From assembly GCF_003790525.1 (NCBI RefSeq), contig NZ_CP033635.1: a stretch of 64,000 nucleotides of DNA. The stretch is one strand, 5' to 3'. The notes under the pieces are model-generated. The model made no database searches. It saw nothing but the letters and a program-made list of their open reading frames with translations, and was not told where the DNA came from. Both the position numbers and the translations under genes were made by a program. Each line of letters begins with the position of its first letter. Within the stretch, counting starts at the first letter, position 1. This DNA is from Escherichia coli. GTDB taxonomy: Bacteria > Pseudomonadota > Gammaproteobacteria > Enterobacterales > Enterobacteriaceae. Shown here piece after piece: positions 21,306 through 29,805 of this stretch.

Positions 21306-23156
21306 ATGGCAACAATAATCCCAACAATCAGTAGCTGCAACGATAAAATTACTGCCGGAGAGAAAAGGCTGGCAAGAATTCTGGAAAGAGGACTAGGCGA
21401 AGAGTGCTGCTGTTGGTATGACATTCCCACGGGTGATAAGCATCTTCACCCAGATTTTATGATACTTTCGCCAGAAAAAGGCATTATTTTTCTCGAGGTA
21501 AAAGATTGGTTTATTACAAAAATAAAAAAAGCCAACAAGTCTAATGTGTTGTATGAGACACAAAATGGTATTCAATCTTTAAAGAATCCGATAGAACAAG
21601 TTAGGCGATATGCTTTCGAAGCTGTAAACCAGTTAAAAAAAGACCCCCTATTGTGCCAACAGGATGATCGTTACAATGGCAATCTTCTTTTCCCCTATGG
21701 ATATGGCGTCTACTTTAGTAATATTACACGAGAAGCATTAAATAATAAATTTACTCAAGAAGAGCTGCTCGGGATCTTCCCATCAGATCTCATCATCTGC
21801 AAAGACGAAATAAATGAATTCATGTCAAAAGAGGATGTTTCATCCAAAATACATTCGTTGATTAAATATGACTTCAAATGTCATGCTACACAAGAACAGT
21901 TGAACAGGATTAGATGGCACTTATACCCCGATGTCAGAATAGAAAGGGAAAAGAGAAGTAAAAACCGTGATGAATTTAGTGTCGATGCACCAACCATCAT
22001 TTCTATCCTGGATACTCAACAGGAACAACTTGCCAGAAGTATGAGAGATGGCCACCGGATCATTCATGGTGTTGCAGGTTCAGGGAAGACATTGATCCTC
22101 TATCATCGCTGTCAGGAATTAGCGAAAAAAAATGACAGCGAAAAGCCAATTCTTGTCATTTGCTACAATATTACTTTAGCCAAAAAACTTCGGTCGATGT
22201 TCATCAATCATCCCTTTGCAGAGAAAATAAAGGTTAAAAATTTTCATGCTTGGTGTTTCCAACAAATTAAAGAAAACAAGATCACTATTCCAGAAGGGGA
22301 TAATATTTTTGAAAATATGGAGCTAGCGTTGACTGATGGTTTCAAGACAGGAAAAATAAAACCAGAACAATACAGCGCTGTATTAATTGATGAAGGACAT
22401 GATTTTAAGCCAGAATGGTTAAAAATCCTGGCAAAAATGACTGACTCTCAGGACGAGAATTTGCTATTCCTTTATGATGATGCTCAGTCAATTTACCAAA
22501 AAAAGAAAGCATTAGACTTTACACTGTCCAGCGTAGATATTAAAGCGACAGGACGCACAACCATTCTTAATATAAATTATAGAAACACACAGCAAATCCT
22601 ACACTTTGCCAGTTGCATTGCATTTAATTATCTTAATAGCCATATCGATAGTTCTTTAACCTATCATAAACCTGCTGCGGGAGGAATGAATGGCGATTAT
22701 CCCAACCTTGAACATTTCGACACACAGGACGAAGAAATAGCACGAGCAGTCGAATGGATTACAGAGCAAAATGAACAAGGGATTCCGTGGTCTGAAATTG
22801 CTATACTAAGTCCATCAACTCACACCCTTTCTAACTCTCTAAGCTCTGTACTTGAATCGAAAAACATCCCCTTTAATCTTATTGTAAGCTCTGCAGATAA
22901 AAAGTCCTGGACGCCAGAACAAGAGCGTATTTCTGTTATGCCATTACCCAGCAGTAAAGGACTTGAGTTTCACTCAGTTGTCATTATTGATGCAGCGAGA
23001 ACACGGGATAATAGCGATGATTTGAGTGAGGATATAAAGAGACTCTATGTAGGTTTTACCCGAGCACGTTGCAATCTCTTGGTAACCTTGCACGGTGAAG
23101 GTGCGTTAAATGAGCATCTACTAAAAACCTATGAGCAAAGCCCACAATATATGTAA
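21306..23156 (+). CDS. NERD-domain nuclease fused to SF1 (UvrD-like) helicase; candidate single-gene anti-phage protein (Nhi-like architecture)
   Basis: 616 aa; NERD/PD-(D/E)xK-like N-terminus (HPDFMILSPEKGIIFLEVKDW); Walker A GVAGSGKT; Walker B VLIDEGHDF; UvrD_C-like RLYVGFTRARCNLLV; sits in an AT-rich block in the slot K-12 uses for mrr-hsdRMS. Confidence 0.75.
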   Translation: MATIIPTISSCNDKITAGEKRLARILERGLGEECCCWYDIPTGDKHLHPDFMILSPEKGIIFLEVKDWFITKIKKANKSNVLYETQNGIQSLKNPIEQVRRYAFEAVNQLKKDPLLCQQDDRYNGNLLFPYGYGVYFSNITREALNNKFTQEELLGIFPSDLIICKDEINEFMSKEDVSSKIHSLIKYDFKCHATQEQLNRIRWHLYPDVRIEREKRSKNRDEFSVDAPTIISILDTQQEQLARSMRDGHRIIHGVAGSGKTLILYHRCQELAKKNDSEKPILVICYNITLAKKLRSMFINHPFAEKIKVKNFHAWCFQQIKENKITIPEGDNIFENMELALTDGFKTGKIKPEQYSAVLIDEGHDFKPEWLKILAKMTDSQDENLLFLYDDAQSIYQKKKALDFTLSSVDIKATGRTTILNINYRNTQQILHFASCIAFNYLNSHIDSSLTYHKPAAGGMNGDYPNLEHFDTQDEEIARAVEWITEQNEQGIPWSEIAILSPSTHTLSNSLSSVLESKNIPFNLIVSSADKKSWTPEQERISVMPLPSSKGLEFHSVVIIDAARTRDNSDDLSEDIKRLYVGFTRARCNLLVTLHGEGALNEHLLKTYEQSPQYM

Positions 23157-23173
23157 AAATGATAAATTATCTC

Positions 23174-23205
23174 CATAACGCCCGGTAACGCTGTACCGGG
23201 CGTTA
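23174..23205 (+). terminator. Perfect 13-bp stem-loop downstream of NERD-helicase gene
   Basis: ataacgcccggta-acgctg-taccgggcgttat, 18 nt after stop; no strong T-run, so may be a structural element rather than a classic terminator. Confidence 0.5.
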
Positions 23206-23288
23206 TGAATGTATATCTAAGATATTAGTCACGCCTGATAGCCGCTACCAAAAACGCCATCATCTCCCTCTCATCTTTGCTGTGATAA

Positions 23289-23594
23289 AAGCGTACCATT
23301 TTGCTGTTAAATTCCAGCGCTTTAGCCACTGGAATTAACAAGTTCAAACTTCCGACAACGAAGTTCCAGTTATTACAAAAATTACTGGCAAAAGAGATGA
23401 AAAGCGTAGTTGACAACACATCGAAATATACTGACTGGAGTAAACGCGATGATATTAAAGCGAAACTGAAAGTTGAACTTATTCTGCTTCTACACAAGCA
23501 TAAGTTCCCGCCAGTAGCGAATGATGATGTTTATATGGGTGTGCTGGCACAGGCAGAGAATTTTAAAGAACATCATATGAGTGCTTTAAATTAA
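23289..23594 (+). pseudogene. Frame-closed 3' gene fragment, possibly the C-terminal domain of a type I restriction HsdR subunit
   Basis: Open frame begins straight after a TAA with no ATG or SD (track ORF 23301..23594 opens on TTG); helical, K/E-rich sequence ...VDNTSKYTDWSKRDDIKAKLKVELILLLHKHKFPPV... that I associate with HsdR C-termini (recollection, not verified). Confidence 0.3.
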
Positions 23595-23602
23595 TTATGA
23601 AG

Positions 23603-23628
23603 GCCGGATACACTTTGTTATCCGGCCA
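23603..23628 (+). terminator. Hairpin after the gene fragment
   Basis: ggccggata-cactttgt-tatccggcc, 9-bp stem, 8 nt after the fragment stop. Confidence 0.45.
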
Positions 23629-23713
23629 TTGTGAATTAACGTTAATTTCTCTTCCAGATATTTCCAGTAACGCTTTTATTATTTTCTATTTTTAGCTGGA
23701 CTTTCCCTGTATT

Positions 23714-23733
23714 TACTGATGATATGTCCAGGT
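23714..23733 (+). promoter_or_regulatory. Candidate LexA (SOS) box upstream of symE
   Basis: tactgatgatatgtccaggt contains CTG-N10-CAG about 80 nt upstream of symE ATG; K-12 symE is SOS-inducible. Confidence 0.45.
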
Positions 23734-23769
23734 ATTTAGCGCGGTGCGAATGTGCGCCAACACACCCGC

Positions 23770-23850
23770 ACCGCTCATCACAATCACTATTTATGGAGAA
23801 TAGTAATCATGACTGACACGCATTCTATTGCACAACCGTTCGAAGCAGAA
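23770..23850 (-). ncRNA. symR: SymR antisense sRNA (antitoxin) opposite the symE 5' end; position approximate
   Basis: Inferred from K-12 arrangement, where SymR is encoded antisense across the symE start; not independently visible in sequence. Confidence 0.4.
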
Positions 23851-24150
23851 GTCTCCCCGGCAAATAACCGTCAATTAACCGTGAGTTATGCGAGTCGCTA
23901 CCCGGATTACAGCCGTATTCCCGCCATCACCCTGAAAGGTCAGTGGCTGGAAACCGCCGGTTTTGCTACCGGCACGGCGGTAGATGTCAAAGTGATGGAA
24001 GGCTGTATTGTCCTCACCGCCCAACCACCCACCGCCGAAGAGAGCGAACTGATGCAGTCACTGCGCCAGGTGTGCAAGCTGTCAGCGCGTAAACAAAAGC
24101 AGGTGCGGGAATTTATTGGGGTGATTGCCGGTAAACAGAAAGTCGCCTGA
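23809..24150 (+). CDS. symE: SOS-induced toxin SymE (AbrB/SpoVT-fold endoribonuclease-like)
   Basis: In-frame ATG within ORF 23752..24150 gives [30 protein letters not shown]..., 113 aa, recognised as SymE. Confidence 0.9.
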   Translation: MTDTHSIAQPFEAEVSPANNRQLTVSYASRYPDYSRIPAITLKGQWLETAGFATGTAVDVKVMEGCIVLTAQPPTAEESELMQSLRQVCKLSARKQKQVREFIGVIAGKQKVA

Positions 24151-24158
24151 TACATTGA

Positions 24159-24182
24159 CCCGGTAGCGCCAGTGCTACCGGG
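24159..24182. terminator. Bidirectional hairpin between convergent symE and GmrSD-like gene
   Basis: cccggtagc-gccagt-gctaccggg, 9-bp stem, in the 46-bp convergent gap. Confidence 0.6.
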
Positions 24183-24196
24183 TATTATTCGCCGTG

Positions 24197-26290
24197 TTAG
24201 ACCAACGCGCTCTCCATCTGTTTTTCAAATGCCTGACGAATTAATCCCATAACGTAAGGAAGTTGTGCGAGGTCGCTGAAACCAATTTCCACATCACCAT
24301 TGCCCCAGCGCCCAACATTTGTCACATCTTTGGCAATACCTTTCGGATCGACCAGTTCATGAAACTGCATATTAAGCGACAATCGCAGTCGGCTTTTTTG
24401 CGGCACAACATCAACAAAATTCGTTTCCGCTTTAAACGCAATATAGAGCTTCAATACTTCCTGCGTGATCCCTGCGTCCAGGCGCATAACTTCATCGCGA
24501 AGATGATCAAATAACACCCGGCTATGCGAACCATCAGCAAGAAAAGGATAATCACTCAGGCTATAACTGGTTTTGTTTTCAGGCTGCGCCCGATAAACAG
24601 CTAAAACCTCTTCAGGAAGAGCAGGCGCTTGCCAGACCTGAACCGCGAGATCGGCCAGACGATCGGCACGGGCGCGAATGGCGGCTTCATCCCATTTTTC
24701 GCACTGTCCAAGACCGATATTCAAATAAAGCGGGCTATGCTTAAAGCCGTCTTCAATATCGCGTTTTTCCGCGAAAGGTCTGTCACTGTAGCGGGAGTTA
24801 TAGCGCGTTAATGTGAGATTCCCCAACGTATGTAACAGTTCTTTATGCACACGCTGCCAGTCGCTTCCCAGCTCTTCACGCCATTTAGCCGACAAATTTT
24901 CGTTCTGCGGCATAATATGCTCAATCGTAAACTCTTCCACGCGCTCTCTGCGTTTATCGTTTTCCAGTCGTCGTAACCAGTAGCTGCGACTGCGGAAGTT
25001 ATAGAGATCGCGAACTTTTAATTCCCGTTTAAATTCATCATCGTTGGGGAAACGACGATATGAAGGCAGATTCAGAAAATGTACCTGAATACTTTCCAGA
25101 TATTTTTCTTTAATAATGACCTTATAAAAGGTAGCAAACGTCTTGTTAAGAGAATTTGTCGGAATCGCACATACTGCACGGCGGAAAACATAAGATTCAA
25201 TTAAACGAATTATGCTCAGGAAATCTTCGTGAGGCAAATCGCCATTTTTATAGTCATGATAAAGCGCCAGTAAGAAAGGATACGCCACATCGACCTTTAA
25301 CTCGCGCAAATCCTGAAAAGCCGTAGCAAGCGATTTGTCACTTTCTTTACCCAATGCCATTGCACAGTAATACTCCGCGTAGATGTGAATATCTTCAACC
25401 AGGTGATCCACGCCTTTTTCAGCAACACTCTGGCTGCGGGCATGGAGTTTAAATGCCTCATAGACTTCATCTGTACGAGGGATCTCCCCCGTTTTTACCG
25501 TCAGATAATGACGCATAAAGCTGTCAAAATATTCGCTGTAACCTTGCTGACCAAAAGCGACTTCCATTGGACGCCAGTGATCTTCATACAACCGGGTTTG
25601 ATGCTCTGGTTCGAGACCCATCAGAATAAAATTGCGCACCAGATCGGCCTGACTTAACGCCTTACCGGTAGAGTTCATACTTTCAAAAATCAGTTGCGGA
25701 TTATCCTGACCACGATTAAGCGCCACATCGACAATTAATAATTTTGCTAACCCACGACATAAGGGGATCAAGTCATCACCGAGTTTGGCAATTTGCTCAT
25801 CAAAGAAAGTAAAGTTTTCCATTATTCGATGGGAATAGTTTTCTGGCATTGGTCTTTGTTTTATTAACGCCAGCAAACTGTCTTTATCAGTCTCGGTCAG
25901 CAGTAATTTAAATCCTTTCTCGCCGGACTCATAAGGATTGAGTAAATAATAATTACGCAATTTCATTGCTGAAAAGCCATCAAAAACTTCGTCTTCGCCA
26001 AGATGACGCGATAAAGCCTCAATCAGCAACATTGCGGTCGTCAGCCTTTGTTGACCATCAATGACCAGTAACGGAGAAATACCAGAAACCTGATACAACC
26101 CCTGCTCAATATAAACAACCGAACCGATAAAATGCGCTGATATATCGTCACGCTTTCCGGCACGAATGATGTCGTCCCAAAGTTGCCGACATTGTTGTTC
26201 TGTCCATGAATAAGTCCGTTGATAAATGGGAATCACAAACTGCTGCGAACGTTTTAAAAAATCGAGTAGGCGGGCTTCTGTAGCTTTCAT
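24197..26290 (-). CDS. DUF262 (ParB-like NTPase) + DUF1524 (His-Me finger nuclease) protein: GmrSD-family type IV restriction-type enzyme
   Basis: 697 aa; DUF262 signature LVIDGQQRLTT near N-terminus; C-terminal HNH-like block EHIMPQN ... LHTLGNLTL; occupies the mcrBC side of the immigration control region. Confidence 0.8.
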   Translation of the reverse strand: MKATEARLLDFLKRSQQFVIPIYQRTYSWTEQQCRQLWDDIIRAGKRDDISAHFIGSVVYIEQGLYQVSGISPLLVIDGQQRLTTAMLLIEALSRHLGEDEVFDGFSAMKLRNYYLLNPYESGEKGFKLLLTETDKDSLLALIKQRPMPENYSHRIMENFTFFDEQIAKLGDDLIPLCRGLAKLLIVDVALNRGQDNPQLIFESMNSTGKALSQADLVRNFILMGLEPEHQTRLYEDHWRPMEVAFGQQGYSEYFDSFMRHYLTVKTGEIPRTDEVYEAFKLHARSQSVAEKGVDHLVEDIHIYAEYYCAMALGKESDKSLATAFQDLRELKVDVAYPFLLALYHDYKNGDLPHEDFLSIIRLIESYVFRRAVCAIPTNSLNKTFATFYKVIIKEKYLESIQVHFLNLPSYRRFPNDDEFKRELKVRDLYNFRSRSYWLRRLENDKRRERVEEFTIEHIMPQNENLSAKWREELGSDWQRVHKELLHTLGNLTLTRYNSRYSDRPFAEKRDIEDGFKHSPLYLNIGLGQCEKWDEAAIRARADRLADLAVQVWQAPALPEEVLAVYRAQPENKTSYSLSDYPFLADGSHSRVLFDHLRDEVMRLDAGITQEVLKLYIAFKAETNFVDVVPQKSRLRLSLNMQFHELVDPKGIAKDVTNVGRWGNGDVEIGFSDLAQLPYVMGLIRQAFEKQMESALV

Positions 26291-26386
26291 TCTGACGTCT
26301 TTCCGTGAAGCGATGATTTCGCAATAATAACCACTTCCTTGTGGAGGTTATAGAGAAATCCTGTTTATCCGCGACGAACTGCCCCA

Positions 26387-26551
26387 TCACTCCACATCCT
26401 CCCTGCGTAACCCAATATCCCTCAACCGCTCATCACTCATCTGCTGTAACACCCGCCGGGCCTGCATTTGCCGCCGCCAACGCCTCACTGCCTGCCAGAG
26501 TTGCACAAGTCCAATAAACGGTGCTTTAGCTTTGTTTTCGTGAAATTCCAT
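26387..26551 (-). CDS. yjiS: YjiS, DUF1127 small protein
   Basis: Hand-translated 54-aa ORF (below the track cutoff): MEFHENKAKAPFIGLVQLWQAVRRWRRQMQARRVLQQMSDERLRDIGLRREDVE; recognised as K-12 YjiS. Confidence 0.8.
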   Translation of the reverse strand: MEFHENKAKAPFIGLVQLWQAVRRWRRQMQARRVLQQMSDERLRDIGLRREDVE

Positions 26552-26727
26552 CTGCTGCCTCCTCATCTTTCAGAGGCTTCATCATCCGCCTTCTGGCAGT
26601 TCACAATACAGATGCAAATATTAGTTTTATTTAACATACAGACAGGTTAAAACAGCATCTGCATCCGGTTTTTTAGCCTCATCTGTACCGGTTTTTCTCT
26701 CTGTATGGTCCAAATAAGGAATACAGC

Positions 26728-28140
26728 ATGACGCGTTATCAACATCTGGCGACTTTGCTTGCCGAGCGGATTGAGCAAGGGCTGTATCGTCACGGGGAGA
26801 AATTGCCGTCGGTGCGCAGCTTAAGTCAGGAGCACGGCGTCAGCATCAGTACCGTGCAGCAGGCGTACCAGACGCTGGAAACGATGAAGCTCATCACTCC
26901 GCAGCCGCGTTCGGGTTATTTTGTCGCACAACGTAAAGCCCAGCCGCCAGTACCGCCGATGACGCGTCCGGTGCAGCGCCCGGTGGAAATTACCCAGTGG
27001 GATCAGGTGCTGGATATGCTGGAGGCGCATAGCGACAGTTCCATTGTTCCGTTAAGTAAAAGCACGCCGGATGTCGAAACGCCCAGCCTGAAACCGCTGT
27101 GGCGGGAGCTAAGCCGGGTGGTGCAGCATAATCTGCAAACCGTTCTCGGTTATGACTTGTTAGCCGGCCAGCGGGTATTGCGCGAGCAGATTGCCCGCCT
27201 GATGCTCGACAGCGGCTCGGTGGTCACCGCCGATGACATCATCATCACCAGCGGCTGCCATAACTCGATGTCGCTGGCGTTGATGGCAGTGTGTAAACCG
27301 GGCGATATTGTCGCGGTCGAATCCCCCTGTTATTACGGTTCGATGCAGATGCTGCGCGGCATGGGCGTGAAAGTGATTGAAATCCCCACCGATCCAGAAA
27401 CAGGCATCAGCGTTGAAGCGCTGGAACTGGCGCTGGAGCAGTGGCCGATTAAAGGCATCATTCTGGTGCCAAACTGTAATAATCCGCTGGGATTTATTAT
27501 GCCGGACGCGCGCAAACGGGCCGTTCTCTCTCTCGCTCAGCGTCATGATATTGTGATTTTTGAAGATGATGTCTACGGCGAACTGGCGACGGAGTATCCG
27601 CGCCCGCGGACCATTCATTCCTGGGATATCGACGGGCGAGTGCTGTTGTGCAGCTCGTTCAGTAAAAGTATTGCTCCAGGCCTGCGCGTGGGTTGGGTCG
27701 CACCGGGGCGCTATCACGATAAACTGCTGCATATGAAATATGCCATCAGCAGCTTTAATGTGCCGTCCACGCAAATGGCGGCGGCAACGTTTGTGCTGGA
27801 AGGTCACTATCATCGCCATATCCGGCGGATGCGGCAGATCTATCAGCGCAATTTGGCGCTTTATACCTGCTGGATACGGGAATATTTTCCCTGCGAAATC
27901 TGTATTACGCGCCCGAAAGGCGGATTTTTACTGTGGATCGAATTGCCTGAACAGGTCGATATGGTTTGCGTTGCGCGGCAGCTATACCGCATGAAAATCC
28001 AGGTGGCGGCAGGCTCGATTTTCTCAGCTTCCGGCAAATACCGTAATTGTCTGCGCATCAACTGCGCTTTGCCGCTCAGCGAAACCTATCGCGAAGCACT
28101 GAAGCAAATTGGCGAAGCCGTGTATCGGGCAATGGAATGA
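26728..28140 (+). CDS. yjiR: MocR-family regulator (GntR HTH fused to aminotransferase-like domain)
   Basis: 470 aa; N-terminal GntR HTH, large PLP-fold C-terminal domain; synteny. Confidence 0.9.
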   Translation: MTRYQHLATLLAERIEQGLYRHGEKLPSVRSLSQEHGVSISTVQQAYQTLETMKLITPQPRSGYFVAQRKAQPPVPPMTRPVQRPVEITQWDQVLDMLEAHSDSSIVPLSKSTPDVETPSLKPLWRELSRVVQHNLQTVLGYDLLAGQRVLREQIARLMLDSGSVVTADDIIITSGCHNSMSLALMAVCKPGDIVAVESPCYYGSMQMLRGMGVKVIEIPTDPETGISVEALELALEQWPIKGIILVPNCNNPLGFIMPDARKRAVLSLAQRHDIVIFEDDVYGELATEYPRPRTIHSWDIDGRVLLCSSFSKSIAPGLRVGWVAPGRYHDKLLHMKYAISSFNVPSTQMAAATFVLEGHYHRHIRRMRQIYQRNLALYTCWIREYFPCEICITRPKGGFLLWIELPEQVDMVCVARQLYRMKIQVAAGSIFSASGKYRNCLRINCALPLSETYREALKQIGEAVYRAME

Positions 28141-28326
28141 ATTCGAAATAGTGGCGAGCCCCCTGATTTCCTCTCACGAATAGCGTGTGACTCGTTTTAT
28201 CTTTGCAGGGTCATCTCCACGTTCCAGCATGGCTTAGGCAAAATGCGCTTCGTTCATGCCGGATGCCATGTGAACACCTTACCAGGTCTACAAAATCTTT
28301 AAAATTCAATATATTTAATGGGTTAT

Positions 28327-28355
28327 GTAGACCTGATAAGCGTAGCGCATCAGGC
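28327..28355. repeat. REP (repetitive extragenic palindromic) element
   Basis: gtagacctgataagcgtagcgcatcaggc resembles the REP consensus (...GCCTGATGCG...CTTATCAGGCCTAC); a partial second copy (caggtctaca) lies about 35 nt upstream. Confidence 0.6.
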
Positions 28356-28382
28356 TGCTTTGCGTTTGTCATCAGTCTCTGA

Positions 28383-29339
28383 TTAGTACTCGATCCATGG
28401 ATCGCGCTTGCTTTCAGGCAAGGGCTGCTCTAATGCCTGCATTTGCTCTGCCGAAAGTCCGGTATATCGTTGTATCCATTCAGGATCCGCCCCATTCTGC
28501 AACAACAATCGGAGGAGGCTCTTTTCCCCTTCTTCTTTCCCTTCTTTCCTCCCCCTCTCCCTTCCCAACAGCCATCCATCATTATGAATTCGCTCTGCAA
28601 TCGTCATTATTCGCTCCCTGTGTTGTGGCATTCGACGGATAAGTTCGCTGATAAACTCATTAAAACGCGCTTCATCGCCAGTCAGTAAAATGTAATTTAA
28701 CAGCGCGGTTATCTGGCTGTCATTAGCGCACCCTGTAACCAGTAATACTGCCAGTTGATCAATAAGCCCCATTAGATCGCGCTGGCGAATATGCTTTTGG
28801 ATCAACTCCAGCAGGGCGACTCTGCGATGCTGCACAATCTCGTCGTCTGGCACGACAGTGACATCCACCAGCGGGAACGCTGCGGTATAAAGCTTCCGCG
28901 CGGTAGCCGGGTCGGCAAATTCATCCAGCCAGCACAAAGACCAGGGGTAAGGACTACGGCTACTGTGATAAAACAGCATCGGGATGACCAGCGGTAGCGG
29001 CCGGCGTTTATCATGCTCGATATGGCGCTGCATCACCGCCATGGAATATCGCATCAGGCGAAAGGCCATATGGATATCCTCGCGGCTCTGATGTTCAATC
29101 ACCACATAAATATAGCCATCTCCTTCGCGGGTCTTTACCGACCACAGAATATCGGAATGTAGCGCCCGCAATTTTTCATCGACAAAGCTGGCGTATTCCA
29201 GTTTTAAGCTGTCGAGATCGCACAGTTCACGTAAATCTTTGGGTAAGTGGATCTCCATAAAATCCCGCGCGGTGTCAGGGTGGGTGAGAAAAGATTTAAA
29301 TAATGCGTCATGCGGCGTGCTGGTCGTGAAGTTTGTCAT
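28383..29339 (-). CDS. rpnD: Rpn-family recombination-promoting nuclease (PD-(D/E)xK, YhgA-like), intact
   Basis: 318-aa uninterrupted ORF recognised as YjiP/YjiQ (RpnD); acidic/lysine-rich C-terminal tail. Confidence 0.8.
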   Translation of the reverse strand: MTNFTTSTPHDALFKSFLTHPDTARDFMEIHLPKDLRELCDLDSLKLEYASFVDEKLRALHSDILWSVKTREGDGYIYVVIEHQSREDIHMAFRLMRYSMAVMQRHIEHDKRRPLPLVIPMLFYHSSRSPYPWSLCWLDEFADPATARKLYTAAFPLVDVTVVPDDEIVQHRRVALLELIQKHIRQRDLMGLIDQLAVLLVTGCANDSQITALLNYILLTGDEARFNEFISELIRRMPQHRERIMTIAERIHNDGWLLGRERGRKEGKEEGEKSLLRLLLQNGADPEWIQRYTGLSAEQMQALEQPLPESKRDPWIEY

Positions 29340-29805
29340 GGCGATCCGTCACCTGTAGATAAGATGGCCCGACTGTAGCGACTAACAAAACCATTCTCAC
29401 CCGGCAATTTCTCGTTCCCCGAGGTGCTTTCCAGGCTATTTTTGTTCCTCTGCAAACGATACATTTTTCCGGAAACAGGCTCGCGTTTTACATTTCCTGT
29501 ACCCGGCAGATATTCCCCTTTCCACCGCACTCTTTTGATTAACCGCAAATTTTAATTACACTTAAGGTGTATATTTTCTATGCAACCCATCAATTCAAGA
29601 GGTGTAATGTGCTGATGACTATTTGTAATCGTTATACATTCTGACCTGGAGTCAGAAGGTATTTCTCTGTCTGTGTGTTCACAGGCAGTGTGGTTGATTA
29701 CATGAAATTCAGTACATTTGCCCTTCTCGCCTGCCTTTCGTCATTACCGACGGTATTGAATTTCGTTTTCCCCATTGGGGTTCTCCGGACAAGGAGTTGT
29801 TTGTT

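Noticed and set aside
23225-23497. 90-aa minus-strand ORF
   Set aside because: Overlaps the + strand gene fragment and has no start context; the + frame carries the more protein-like sequence.
27160-27819. 219-aa minus-strand ORF
   Set aside because: Antisense within yjiR; His/Arg-rich spurious frame.
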